NCBI GenBank assembly: GCA_965287045.1
Contig: OZ336875.1
Location: forward strand, 78,244,001 to 78,308,000
Source of the DNA: Carcharhinus amblyrhynchos
Lineage: Eukaryota
Reading direction: 5' to 3'
DNA length: 64,000 nt
In this document: piece after piece, positions 22,433 to 34,330 of the stretch
Numbering within the stretch: position 1 is the stretch's first letter
Layout of the letters: every line of letters starts with the position of its first letter
Translations under genes and position numbers: made by a program
The notes under the pieces: generated by a model
The model's input: the letters and a program-made list of their open reading frames with translations, nothing else
Told to the model about the DNA's origin: nothing
Databases searched by the model: none

Positions 22433-23420
22433 TTAAAGTATCACTGGCACATCTTCAATGTCTTCCTTTATATCATCATTGCGCTCATTCTGACCTATAG
22501 CAGCCTCCCGAGGTTCCTGGGCTATGAGATCTTCATCCTCTGAGGAGCTCTCGTTCTCCTGTAGTTCATTATCTGGCAAGTGATCACCTCTTTGCATTGT
22601 CGGTTTGTGAAGGGTGCAGCACACCCTGGTGATGTGGAAACCCTATCAGCAATATATTGTAGTGAGCCACCTAAGCAATTCAAACACCTGAGGCACACCT
22701 TCAGAAGCCCTTTGGCCTGCTATAAGGAAGCATGTGGAGCTATGAGCAACATCGTATCCCTCCTTGGAACAACTCTGAAGCCAACTCTCTGGTCTCATCA
22801 GCCAGCATTTCAGTAGATGCCCCTTATCCCCAGCCAGCCATCACTGCAGATGAACAGGTCTCTTGAAAATCACAGGTATCTGGGAGTGACTCAGGATGTA
22901 GGAGTCATGGCAACTCCCATGTTTGTGCACAACGCAGTTGAATATTGATGAAATGGTCACTCTTGCAATTTGTAAACATTTGGGGCTACTGCCACAGAGC
23001 CCGTATAGCTACATGGGCTGCAGTCAATTGCAACCTGCATCCCTGGGAAGCCTGAAATGGCAGCAAAGCTGGTGAATCTCACAGCCTGGCTGTCTTCATC
23101 CAGAGAAACCCTGACATAATGACACGCATCCTGTAAAATAAATCAGTGACCTCCTTAATGCTGCACAGGCCCCTTGTTGATACCTGGAAAGACTGAGATG
23201 CAAAGAAACTGAGCACTGCGATCACCTTCAAAACCACAGGCAGTGGATGACCTCCAGCTTTACTTGGCATCAGGTTTTCCCAAAGAAAGTGGCATATGTG
23301 ATGTACCAGATCTCGGCAGTGAATCTCACTCGTACCTAAGTAGGAGATTCTTCTACAATAAACTCTTGTTGCTGAGTAACCCCTCTTGTCTGGGTCTAGC
23401 CTCCTGACTCTCCTGCTCAT
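22433..23420 (-). pseudogene. PIF/Harbinger DDE transposase relic (HARBI1-like)
   Basis: RVYCRRISYL...GGHPLPVVLKVIAVLSFFASQSFQ...CSIKEVTD; FAAISGFPGMQVAIDC; SCHDSYIL; GWLG.KG; CCTLH...QRG; acidic tail ESSSEDED. Many stops and frameshifts. Confidence 0.85.
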
Positions 23421-24065
23421 GCTCCAGTTCCTCTTGACTATGTCCCTCAGGCAGGGCTTCCTGCTGGAACTGCAACCAACATTGCCTTCCCCTCCTTCAT
23501 CTCCATCACTTTCATTAGGAGTCTGACAAAGGTAGTTTTGAACCCTGGATCCATGTGTCCCTTTGCCTGCTCTCTGAAATGAAACTTTGAAGACAAGAAT
23601 GAAGGGTCAGGAAGGTCAAGAAAGTGATGGGAAATATAAGGGTCCACAACTTTTCTGGCCTTACTTGCATGGTGATTGATACTGCCTTGAACCTCAGAAG
23701 TTGGCACACACACTGAAGTGACCAAGACAGCATTTTAGATATGTAAACTTGGAGCCATAACTAGCTCTGTGTTCCAGTCTTTGATGGGCTAATGGTCAAT
23801 GTGGATGCTCTTTGACCCATCTGAGATGCAGCGACTGTGATGTGAAGCCACTGAGTTCTTTAAAAGTGCTAATGGAGGCAATGGCTTTCAGAAGCTTTCT
23901 TCCCAAGGAGGTCGTACTCCTTTCTAACTAAGCTGACTCCTGTTCACACTTGTGGCACCAACAAGCTTGAGGGCACTCCAGAAGAGGCTACCTAGCGCAG
24001 CTTTGCACCCTTCCCACCCTGCTTCAGAACCTTCCAAATTAGACTAGCTGCTACTTTCGTTTTGA

Positions 24066-24996
24066 TGATGTGGAGATGCCAGCGTTGGGGTAAACACAGT
24101 AAGAAGTCTCACAACACCAGGTTAAAGTCCAATAGGATTATTTGGTAGCAAAAGTCACTAGCTTTCAGAGCGCTGCTCCTTGCCTTCAAACAACCGCGCA
24201 ACCTCAAACAGACCATTGTCCGCAGCAAACTATCCAGCCTTCAGGAGAAGTGACCACAACACCACACAACCCTGCCACAGCAACCTCTGCAGGATGTGCT
24301 GGATCATCGACATGGATGCCATCATCTCATGTGAGAACACCATCCACCAAGTGCATTGTACATACACTTGCAATTCGGCCAATGTTGCCTACCTGATACG
24401 CTGCAGGAAAGGGTGTCCCGAGGCATGGTACATTGGGGAGACCAAGCAGACGTTACGATAGTGGATGAATGAACACTGCTCGACAATCACCAGGCAAGAG
24501 TGTTCTCTTCCTGTTGGGGAACACTTCAGCGGTCACGACATTCGGCCTCTGATCTTCGGGTAAGCGTTCTCCAAGGCAGTCTTCATGACACACAACAGCA
24601 CAGAGTCGCTGAGCAGAGACTGACAGCCAAGTTCTGCACACATGAGGACAGCCTCAACCGGGATCTTGGGTTCATATCACACTATCTGTAACCCCCATGA
24701 CTGGCCTGGGCTTGCAAAATCTCACTAACTGTCCTGGTTGAAGACAATACACATCTCTTTAACCTGTGCTTAACCCTCTCTCCACTCACATTGTCTGTAC
24801 CTTTAAGACTTGGTTACCTAAAAAGACTCGCATTCCAACCATTCTTTTGTAAATTGAGTTTGTGTCTTTGCATGCCCTTATGTGAACTGAAATCCCACTC
24901 AACTGACGAAGGAGCAGCGAGTGCTTCAAAAGCTAATGGCTTTTGCTACCAAATAAACCTGTTGGACTTTAACCTGATGTTGTGAGACTTCTTACT
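24066..24996 (+). mobile_element. Penelope-like element, 5'-truncated, with inverted 5' pLTR segment
   Basis: GIY-YIG endonuclease TQPCHSNLCRMC...TCNSANVAYLIRCRKGCPEAWYIGETKQTLR...HSASDLRVSVL...LNRDLGF. Left ~115 bp is the reverse complement of the right end. TSD-like TTYGTTTTGA. Confidence 0.9.
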
Positions 24997-25649
24997 TTTG
25001 TTTTGAGTCAGCGGGATTACTGTGCAAGATGGTAATTCTCCACTTTTACTTTAAACTAGAATTTGACATTCCTTCCATCACTGTCTATGTGCCTGGTATA
25101 TACCTCGAACCTCACAATATGAAGGTGGAGCTTCCTCCTGTCCATTAGCAGAGGTCAAATATCAACACTCATTCTCTCACTTTCAATCACCACAATTCCA
25201 TCTGTCATTTTACTTATTCTGGGGAGGGGTCACCACAGTTAAGATGATTTTCAGCATCCACAAGTAGAACTCATGGCATTCAGGCAAAGACCCAGAGAAT
25301 CGATTAACTAATTCGTGAGTCAATGTTGTGTTAAGGGTGGGTACTGTGATTTCTCCTGGATAGTATAATCAACCATAATCTCAAAGTTCCAAGAAGACTT
25401 GTTAAAGATAAAAGGACACAATATCGACACCCTATTCAAGGGTAGAACAGAAGTTATAGTTGAAGGTAGACAACCCCTACAAGTGCTGGGAGTAACAATA
25501 GCTACTGGTGAAGTTGCTGAAGTACCAAGATAGGGCAAGACATGTGGGATGAGGAGCCTTATACATTAACCACAGTATATATGTGTGATTTAAAATAATT
25601 GTCCTGCATTTCGAGACTATTGCAATGCATGCATTTTAAAGGAAAATTG

Positions 25650-25950
25650 GACATGACAACATGATCAATGTAGTCCAGGAGAATCCTGATGTGTTAATGC
25701 GATTAAGTCCTTCATTGCCAATTGCTCTAGCAATTTTAATCACCTGACAGGTTTAGTAACTGCCAGATCCAAAAAACATAACTCCATTGTTTGGATTTGT
25801 GGAGTACAATTGGGGCTTTCACTTAGTGGCATGACAGAAATGGACATTGGCACCTCTTTGATGCACCTGTGTGTGACAACCTATAAAATGCTACACATGT
25901 CACCCCTGGAGCACACAAATTGAACCTTGGAAAAAAGCAATCATTCTGCA
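25650..25950 (-). pseudogene. Second Harbinger transposase fragment
   Basis: Minus strand FFQGS...GDMCSIL*VVTHRCIKEV resembles the GSFQ..GD..GISQ..V.RCIKEV motif. Confidence 0.5.
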
Positions 25951-26035
25951 CAGAATAAAGGCAAGTCTTTGGTATTTAGTTGTTCCTGAAATAAAAGCCC
26001 AGGTCAGGGGCATTTGCAACTCGCTGCATAAAAAA

Positions 26036-26347
26036 GGGCAGCATGATGGCACAATGGTTGGCACTGCTGCCTCACATCACCAGGGACACAGTTCAATTCC
26101 AGCCACGGGTGACTGTCTGTGTTTGCATGTTCTCCCCGTGTCTGTGTGGGTTTCCTCCAAGTGCTCCGGTTTCCTCCCACAGTCCAAAATGTGCAGGTTA
26201 GGTTGATTGGTCATGCTAAATTGCCCTTCAGTGTCAGGGTGATTCATAGGGCAAATACATGGGGTTATGGGGATGGGGCTTGGCAGGAATTGTTGGTGCA
26301 GGCTCAATGGGCCTAATGGTCTCCTTTTGCACTGTAAGGATTCTATG
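26036..26347 (+). mobile_element. HE1/V-domain SINE
   Basis: GGGCAGCATGATGGCACAATGG head, V-domain TTTGCATGTTCTCCCCGTGTCTGTGTGGGTTTCCTCC, CR1-like tail GGATTCTATG. Confidence 0.9.
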
Positions 26348-27239
26348 AACTCCTTCTACCCCATTTTATATTCACCAAGGTGCTCGCAAGTGCATTATGT
26401 GCTTTTCACATTCTCATTTGTTGGTGCAACTGCCTAAAATGTTTTGCAAATGTGCAGCCAACTGCCAACCAGTCTCACATTCTGCTCCCAAATTAATGCT
26501 TTCAAAGCAGTGACTTGAATTGAACACAACTTTGATGAAGTGCTCTTTGGTTTGCCCCCAGGGTATTATTGGCTACCATTTTAGATTTAAAGTGACAGGC
26601 CATGTAATACTTTTCACAGCTGTTACATGGCACTAAGCCGCCTAGTGCACACTGCATTTAGATAAATGTGGATCGGCTACCACAAAGTTACGTTTGCCAC
26701 TGACTTAATTCTGAGGGTAATTCAAAAATTAAGAAAATAAATATCCATGGCATGAAAATGTTTCAAAATATATTCTGTAGGAACCTGCCACGGGATGGCT
26801 TGAGGCCCGACTTGCCACTGCCACACTGCCAGTTTAATTTTTCATTCTGAATCTGTCACTGTAATTTTGACAGTTCAGCTCTCACATAATTAACTCACCC
26901 TGCTCACCACAGTTTGCGCTTCCAGAAACTTCATTAAATTCTGTTCCATGTTATAAAGGATAAATCCTTGCTACAGGCAAAATGAAATGGGCAAGGCATA
27001 CAGATGCGATGTGTGTGTGCATTTTCCCCAGACAGTGAAATAAAAGCATAAAATATCATATCATATCCAACCCTAACTCTGCCTAAAAGTGCTCATACTT
27101 GCCATGAAAAAAACACTTGCTTCTTTTAATATTTCACACAATTTATGTCATGCTTTTCGCAATCAGACTTATCGATTACATTTTTTTTCATGGTTGACCT
27201 CTGAAATAGGTGGAACTATTCTTCACCTGGTTTGAAAAG

Positions 27240-27830
27240 CAACTTGTAAAGCTTTTTTAGGCAGCAAGTGGTTATGACCTGGGATGTACTGACTGGATAG
27301 TTAGATAGGTGAGAAATAGTTAAGAATCATAGAACCCTACAGCGCAGAAAGAGGCCCTTCGGCCCATCGAGTCTGCACCGAACACAATCCCACCCAGGCC
27401 CTACCCCCATATCATATCCACTAATCCCTCTAACCTACGCATCCCTGGACACTAAGGGGCAATTTTTTAGCATGGCCAATCAACCTAACCCGCACATCTT
27501 TGGACTGTGGGAGGAAACCAGAGCACCCGGAGGAAACCCACGCAGACATGAGGAGAACGTGCAAACTCCACACAGACAGTAACCCGAGCCGGGAATCGAA
27601 CCCAGGACCCTAGAGCTGTGAAGCAGCAGTGTTAACCACGGTGCTACTGTGCTGCCTATCAATTGCAGTTTTCAGAAGACAATTAGATAATCGCCTGAGG
27701 CGAAAAATCTTTCAGGTTATGTGGAAAGGAAAGGGAATGGGCCTAACTAAATTGCTTTTTCAGAAAGCCCAGCATAGTCTTGATGGCCCAAATGGCCTCG
27801 TCTTGCCCTGTAAACCTTTTATGACCATTC
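27240..27830 (+). mobile_element. CR1 3' end split by an HE1 SINE
   Basis: GTGGTTATGACCTGGGATGTACTG before the SINE; TTTTCAGAAGACAATTAGAT...GATGGCCCAAATGGCCTC after it. Confidence 0.6.
27322..27656 (-). mobile_element. HE1/V-domain SINE, well preserved
   Basis: Full head, V-domain and tail with CpGs retained (GGCCCTTCGGCCCATCGAGTCTGCACCG; GCCGGGAATCGAACCC). Confidence 0.92.
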
Positions 27831-30609
27831 CATTCTCTACCAAGTGACAATCTGCTGCAATCTTCATATGTGTCCTAAGATTTTAAAGACCAAATAAAAA
27901 AGCAATTAACAAGCACAAAATATAAAAACATTTTTTAAAGAATCATCATAGGTGGTTTTCACAGAAAAATGAACATTATAGATTTCCAAAGCACTGATAA
28001 AAATCACAGAAAGCCAATTCAAATTATTTAGTTAGTGGCAAATGGATAGTTCCGAGACTGTATTTTTTCCTAAATTATGGCACTCGATTATAAAGGAAGT
28101 GTGTTCCCTCTGATTCTCTATGAGCTTTGTCAAGGGTGAGCTGCTAGCTAATCTAAATGAATGCTAGGCTTGACTCGATTAAAAGCAGGATTGGCAAACT
28201 TAATACTGTATTGGCACAAATTTGACATTGATTTTAAAGTGTTCTTTTTGGGCCAAGTTTCATAACACCATAGTGACAAGGCTATTGTACAATCAATTTA
28301 GATGTGATATTAAGGAGAAAAATAAGTAGTAAAAGAAATGTGGATGATTTCACTCGTCATTGTCAGTGTGTGTGCAGAAAGTTTGGAAGTTTAACAATTA
28401 CTCATAACAGTGCTGAGCTGATTGGCAATGGACACGTGTTTCCAATTTACAGGTTTACAAGACAATCCTTTTTCACTGCTCTATATTGGGCTGTTTATAC
28501 AGCGTGGAATTCTGTGTTTGGGGAGCCGGGTAAATAGCTATGCCTTGTCAGCAACATTTCCAAAATCTTTCTAAATAGGGAAAGCTTCTCATTTGTGAAC
28601 TATGTAGATTTTATTCCAGAACCAGTAAAATACTGCCTTTTGAACATTCACCAGGCTTCACAAATGGCTCCCTGTGGGTTTTTATGTGTTGGGACAGTTT
28701 GTTGTGAATAGAAAGTTCCTGGGTCAGAATCATCACGTCAGTGTGTATTAAGGCAATTCGGGTGCTAACTGCATGGCAATTCTGTGTTCCTGTAGCAACT
28801 TGCATTTACGCTGCACATTTAGCATCAGAGAATATCTGGCTGCGCAGGAATATAATGAAACAAAAGTTGGCAGAGGGCCAGTTTGGTCAATGAGAAGTTT
28901 TCTTTAAATGGAGAACTATAAAGGAAATAGTGAACAGGGAATACCAGAGCATGTAGAGCCTATAGGTAGCTGAAAGAAACATTGAACTGTTCTAAAAACA
29001 AACGCGCTTGCTCTATAATTATTGGAAAGCAAAGAATTGTGTGCTGAAGTATTGCACTTGACATTGCTCACAGGGGAGGGGGAAATAAGGTAGGTTTAAC
29101 CTGTCGATTCGCACCCCCTCCCGCTCCAAATACGCTCATTACCATTACAAATTATCCTGAAGTCAGAAGAATAAAAGGGCTTGAGTCAGACAAACTGTCA
29201 GAGAGTTATTATCCAATCTACTTTATTCATCCCCTGGTATATGATTTGATTGCACAGTTGAATGGTGTATTCGCATTATCCACTAAACTGAGACCCCTCT
29301 TTGGTCCTGTTCTACATCATGTGCTTTATTAGCAGCTGGGAAATTATCAAACTTGCCCAAGCAAGATTGAGTGATGAGCAGGTTCTGCAATCGACCCTTG
29401 AAAGTCTTTCATGCAGTTTCCTGTAGGAGATGGATTAATTGAGACAGGAATAGTGCAGCGATACTTGAGAGGCCTGAGCCTCCAGGCCTCAAATTTGTCA
29501 GCATCCTTTTAATTGATAATCACATTTCTGATACTTGAGATACTGATTCATCCTAATTTAACAAAACTACATTTAACTTCCTGTCCATTTTCTTTTAAAA
29601 TGCATCAGTGGCACGAGGGCAAGTTTTACTTGGTAAGATAACAGTCTTAAGGGTGTATGCAACATACAAACGATTATATTTGACAGCAACAGCAATCAAT
29701 CATTAGTCACCGGAATTTAGAATTTAAATGCATAAAAACTCTATTCTACAAGCTAAGGGGGAGTTGTTTGGAGTTTACAGGCCAAACATTGTAGTTAATA
29801 TTTGTTTTATTGTGTCTTTGGGCAAAATGAAAGTTGCAAAGGCAGGATGATTTGCTCAGTGCCTGTGCACGTGTAATTGCATCACAGCAGGACATGTTTG
29901 GTGACTACACAAGTGGGTTTTAAACGAATATGTGGAAAGTAAACTGCAGTTTCCACTTTGTAAAGTGAGCAGGCAGGAGGACTATAGCCGTCTTTGTTCC
30001 ATTGTCCATTGACATTAATTGGCAGGCAATAGCAAAATGAATGCGGTTACAATTTTAGCCTGAGGGGACATTAAAATGTTTCATATTGACCTGGTACAAT
30101 GTCAAAAAGGCAGCCATTTATAAAAAGTAAATAGAAAAACACTGGGAGCAGTGCCTGGAGCTAAGCCTCTGTTGAAAACATATCTATTTACTTGTAGGTA
30201 TTTGAGCAGGGTAACCTAATGAGAGTGCTCATCCTGTTTATGCTAAATTCCTAGGACAGCTGGATTTGAAAATGAAGGTTTCTGGCAAATATACCTGCAA
30301 TTTTTTTCAAACTTTTTTGGTTTAAGGACCACTTTTCAAATGGATTAGTAATTGTGGATTCTTCCATCTAAATTATGATACTATATTCTTAATATGATTA
30401 CAGTATTTCTCGTTCAGTATTGTATTAATACTTTTAAGAAGCTATTATTTATTTGCAGATTTTAGTGGGGTGGGTTTGCCTGCTTCTCACTGCAAAGGTA
30501 TTTTCATCCTTGAAAAGGGAATGGTAAGAGCAGGCACTCGCAAAGGAAAGGAATATGAGCAGCTTCTTTTTCAGATAGAGCATGAGTTCAGGGACTGCCG
30601 AGCATAGCA

Positions 30610-30835
30610 AGACTAACTATGAGACAGAGTGAGAGCAGGAGCAATGGGAAGGCACACCAAGATGACAGCAAAAGCATGCAGAGATCAAAGCATTAAGAAA
30701 ATAGCACATGGAGAGAGTAGGAGTCCAGAAAACTGGAGAGAGCAAGAACATGGAGAAAATAGGAATCTGGAGAGAACATGAGCAAGGGAGAGAAGGGGCA
30801 TGGAGAGAGCAGAAACAGAGAGAGAGAGAGAGCAG
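30610..30835. repeat. Purine-rich low-complexity repeat (GA-rich, CATGGAGAG units)
   Basis: Repeated CATGGAGAG/AACATGGAG/GAGAGCAG, ending in (GA)n. Confidence 0.65.
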
Positions 30836-32029
30836 ACTGGAATTGTTGTGTCTGGAGTGGAAAATTTCATGGGATCGCAAAAACCAGTGTTACGTCATCA
30901 TAAAACCAGTTTGCGATCGTTCGCTCCTCCAGCCGATGGCAAGTTGCTTTCCTGCTCATGAATGCCGTCACTTCCATTAATTTGCATATAATTAGAATCC
31001 CTGCTCACTGGAATCAGCAGCCCCCCCCCACACTGGGGGCCACTATTACACAATGGTACATATGTATTATGCACCCAGCAATCTGCACTTTACTTCCCCA
31101 TTCAAGGACCATTCTCCTATCTTGTCTTGGGCAGATCATGTGTGATTCTGTGTCATGCTTCGTTGATAGCATCAGTTTCAGGAGGCTACCAAACCCAAAC
31201 CCAGCAGACCAGCGGTAATGCAGGGGTGTCTTCTCAGCAGCTGCATGGTGAGGGCTGACTTGGCAAAGCGGGTAAATACTGGAGTGTCCGGTTTAACTGT
31301 GCAAGTGGCCTCACGGTGTCGAGAACTGAGATGGACACTGGGCACAGGCCCACCACCTGAGAATGTTCATTGGCTAACTAACAGATAAGCACCACAAGTG
31401 CAATGGATCAAGGAATATCGGGGAACGAGTGAGAGGTTTATGAAGGAGGGTCATTTTAACATCCACTTCCTCAGCGATTAATTGTGGTGGAGGGATGGTT
31501 TCCATTCTCACACAGGGAGGATCCAAGCTGGCACTGTGAGCTCTCCACCACTACCACCATCTTGCTCTGGTCCTTCCTGCGCCGACAAAAAGTACCATGG
31601 AACCAAACCCTGCCGCGGGGGCTTTGCAACTGCCTTGGACGCCAGTTGACTGCAATGGAGGTGGGAAAACTAAAGGGTCACCCAACTGAACTGTGCATTC
31701 CCACATGAGCATGAGGGCACCTTGCCAGCCAAGGTTCGGAGGTGCTGACTCATCAAGCATCCCAGCAGTATTCCATTTGCAATGGCAGCCTTCATGTTAC
31801 AGGAGCTGAAAGATTATGCTGAGTGGCCTTGTTGGTAGTAGCCTTCAATTGGAAGCTCGGGCAGTTGACAAGCTTCTGGTTATGTTCCCTCGTATCTTCT
31901 CATGAGGCCAAATTCTGTTTTGTTAACATTCCAGTGAAGTGCCTTGAAATGTTTTACTACATTAAAGGTGCTACATAAATGCAGCTTCTTGGTGTTGTTG
32001 TAACCCAGATTGGCATTCCAGAATATCTG

Positions 32030-32310
32030 GAGTGTTCAGATGAGGCATTAAACTGAGGCCTGTCTGCTCGATCAGATGGACATATGTACTAGAGATTTAT
32101 CCTTTAGCACTTTATGAAGAAAAGTGGCAGAGTTCTCCCAGTGTTTCCAATCTCAAGCAAATCGCCAAAGCGGATTATTAATTGTTATCTCATTTGTGTG
32201 CAAATTGGCTGCTTCATTTTTTGCCTTGTAGCAATGATTACACTTTTAAAATACCCATTGGCTGTAAAGCCCTGTGGGATATTCTGAGGAGATGAAAGGT
32301 GATCCTTAAA
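32030..32310 (+). mobile_element. Deu-domain SINE (SacSINE1/AmnSINE1-like), decayed
   Basis: TTCAGATGAGGCATTAAACTGAGGCCTGTCTG...GAAGAAAAG..GAGTTCTCCC, then tail CAAATTGGCTGC...CATTGGCTGTAAAGCCCTGTGGGA. Confidence 0.75.
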
Positions 32311-32362
32311 TTCGAGTTATTTTTTTCCAAACATTGTTGCCGGAAACCTTCAACTTCATCCA

Positions 32363-32458
32363 GAGCTGAGATTCTCCGTTGCTGCTGCAGTGAATGGAGT
32401 TTCTCCATTCTCACTGCCAGTGGTGGCAGGAACAAACGAGATCGGAGAATCCCACTCC
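32363..32458. mobile_element. Tiny TIR element (MITE-like)
   Basis: GAGCTGAGATTCTCCG ... CGGAGAATCCCACTC inverted ends, same end type as 19514-19843. Confidence 0.5.
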
Positions 32459-33419
32459 GTATGTAACATTTGACAAACATTTTTTATCGATTCACTGTTT
32501 TTCTGATTAGCATCCAACCTTGTGGGCATAATGTAAACAGACAATGAGTTCTAAAATAAGTGATCTTGTGGGTTTGGGTGCAGGACTGGGGGTGAAATCC
32601 AGGAAAAATGTAAGTGTGTTGGGAAGCTGGCTCCATCCAGTCAGCTTAAGCATTTAACTTCAGTGTTCTCGGCTGCGTGCATGCAACCTGCTTGCAAAAA
32701 GGTGGGTTGTCAATTTCAATATGTTACTTGCTCTATTAGTGCAATATTGTCCTGAGGTTTGCAGATTAATTTTGACTCTGTGGGTTTTCTAGGCTTCCTG
32801 GAACCTGCAGTGCAAAAGGACGGCAGCAATTAAGACAGCTGAAGCCATGACAGGGAGATAAACCGAGTAATTAGTACCCAGCATTGAACTGCTTTTTCAT
32901 CTGTTGATGTGAAAGGTCTTTTGTCATTACACTTCTGCTTAAAGAATTCTTTACGCGGTTTGGAGGTGATTTTACCTTGGAGGTGTCATCTGTACTTCAG
33001 CAGTGTTATAATAATGAAGACAAAACATTGAATTACATGCGGAAATGTTGATCTTTAAAAATTCACAGGTCTTATTTAAAAATTGATATACAGGTCATGT
33101 ATGCCTGAGGATGTAAAGTCAGTTATTGGAGTGTGAGCAGCTAGCTGGTGTAGGGTCTGCATCAAGTGCTATGATGGAGCATCTCAGAGGTTGTAACCTC
33201 TTCTGAGGAGTATTCATTGTTGATCTGAGCTACATTCTGTGGAATGCATGAAGACTCTGAGAGACAAAAGATATGAATGACTATTATCCAGGTAAGAATT
33301 TCTGAACTTATCATTATGCACATGATTGTATTTGCCAAGCTGTTAATATCAAGGCAATATGAATGATTGTCATATGCCATGTAAGTAATGCTTAACTCAG
33401 TCACCAGTCACTGGGAAAG

Positions 33420-33962
33420 TTTTGGGCTCCGTACTTACGCAAGGATATTTGGGCCTTGGAGGGAGTGCAGAGGAGGTTTATTAGGCTGATGCCGGAGTTG
33501 AGGGGGTTGAGCTATGAGGAGAGGCTGAATAAACTAGGCTTGTACTCGTTAGAGTTTAGAAGAATGAGGGGAGATCTCATTGAGACGTATAAGATGATGA
33601 ATGGGATGGATAGGATAGAGGTGGAGAGACTCTTCCCGCTCAGAAAGGATAGTAGGACAAGGGGGCACAGCCTCAAGACAAAGGGGGGGCGGTTTAGAAT
33701 GGAGTTGAGGAGGAACTTCTTCACTCAAAGGGTGGTGAATCTCTGGAATTCTCTGCCCGTTGAAATGGTGGAGGCTACCTCGCTAAATATTTTTAAGACG
33801 CGGGTTGATGGGTTTTTGATAAGAGAGGGGATTAAGGGTTATGGGGAGAGGGCGGGAATGTGGAACTGAGCCACGACAGATCAGCCATGATCTTATTGAA
33901 TGGTGGGGCAGGCTCGAAGGGCTTGATGGCCTACTCCTGCTCCTATTTCTTATGTTCTTATG
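33420..33962 (+). mobile_element. Young 5'-truncated CR1 LINE (intact ORF2 C-terminus, 3' UTR and tail)
   Basis: 137-aa uninterrupted frame EGVQRRFIRLMPELRGLSYEERLNKLGLYSLEFRRMRGDLIETYK...FFTQRVVNLWNSLP; tail TTCTTATGTTCTTATG; CpGs retained. Confidence 0.95.
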
Positions 33963-34153
33963 AAACCCATATTTCTGATGGCCAATATTACACTAATTAC
34001 CTGTACCTGCTCCCCTGCACTTATGTTATGTTGAGTAGATGTATGGATGGTCAGCATTTGATGGGGTGATTAACATATCAGGATTTGGGTGAATGTGCCA
34101 TTGCTCTCACCTTTCCTGCCCTATTTGCATCAGTGAACTACATGCACATTGTA

Positions 34154-34330
34154 TCAAGGACAGTAGTACCATCTTTCTGTATTGACTTCACGTGCCACCT
34201 TGATCCACACCTTCACGGTGTCTCCAGGCAGCATCTTCCTTTCATCATTATGGAACAGTAAATCCCTTTGGTCCTCATGATTCCCTGTAGCAAATTCAGT
34301 GAGGCTGATTGAAATGAAGTGGCACCTACC
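34154..34330 (-). pseudogene. Harbinger-associated Myb/SANT (NAIF1/MSANTD-like) ORF relic
   Basis: HFISISL...DQRDLLFHNDERKMLPGDTVKVWIKVAREVN resembles the RFS..L..L...RR.VLF..D.RK....T.K.W..VA..V pattern. Confidence 0.6.

Noticed and set aside
22433-23420. Host HARBI1 gene
   Set aside because: Many stops and frameshifts and multiple similar relics in the window; a transposon fossil, not the domesticated gene.
24903-24935. Active hammerhead in the 24066 Penelope copy
   Set aside because: The GAAA core reads AAAA and stem II has an insertion; the left-arm copy is truncated before CTGATGA.
25370-25533. ~50-codon open stretch FQEDLLKIKGHNIDTLFKGRTEV... on +
   Set aside because: No start codon or usable acceptor, sits among Harbinger relics, and is unrecognised.
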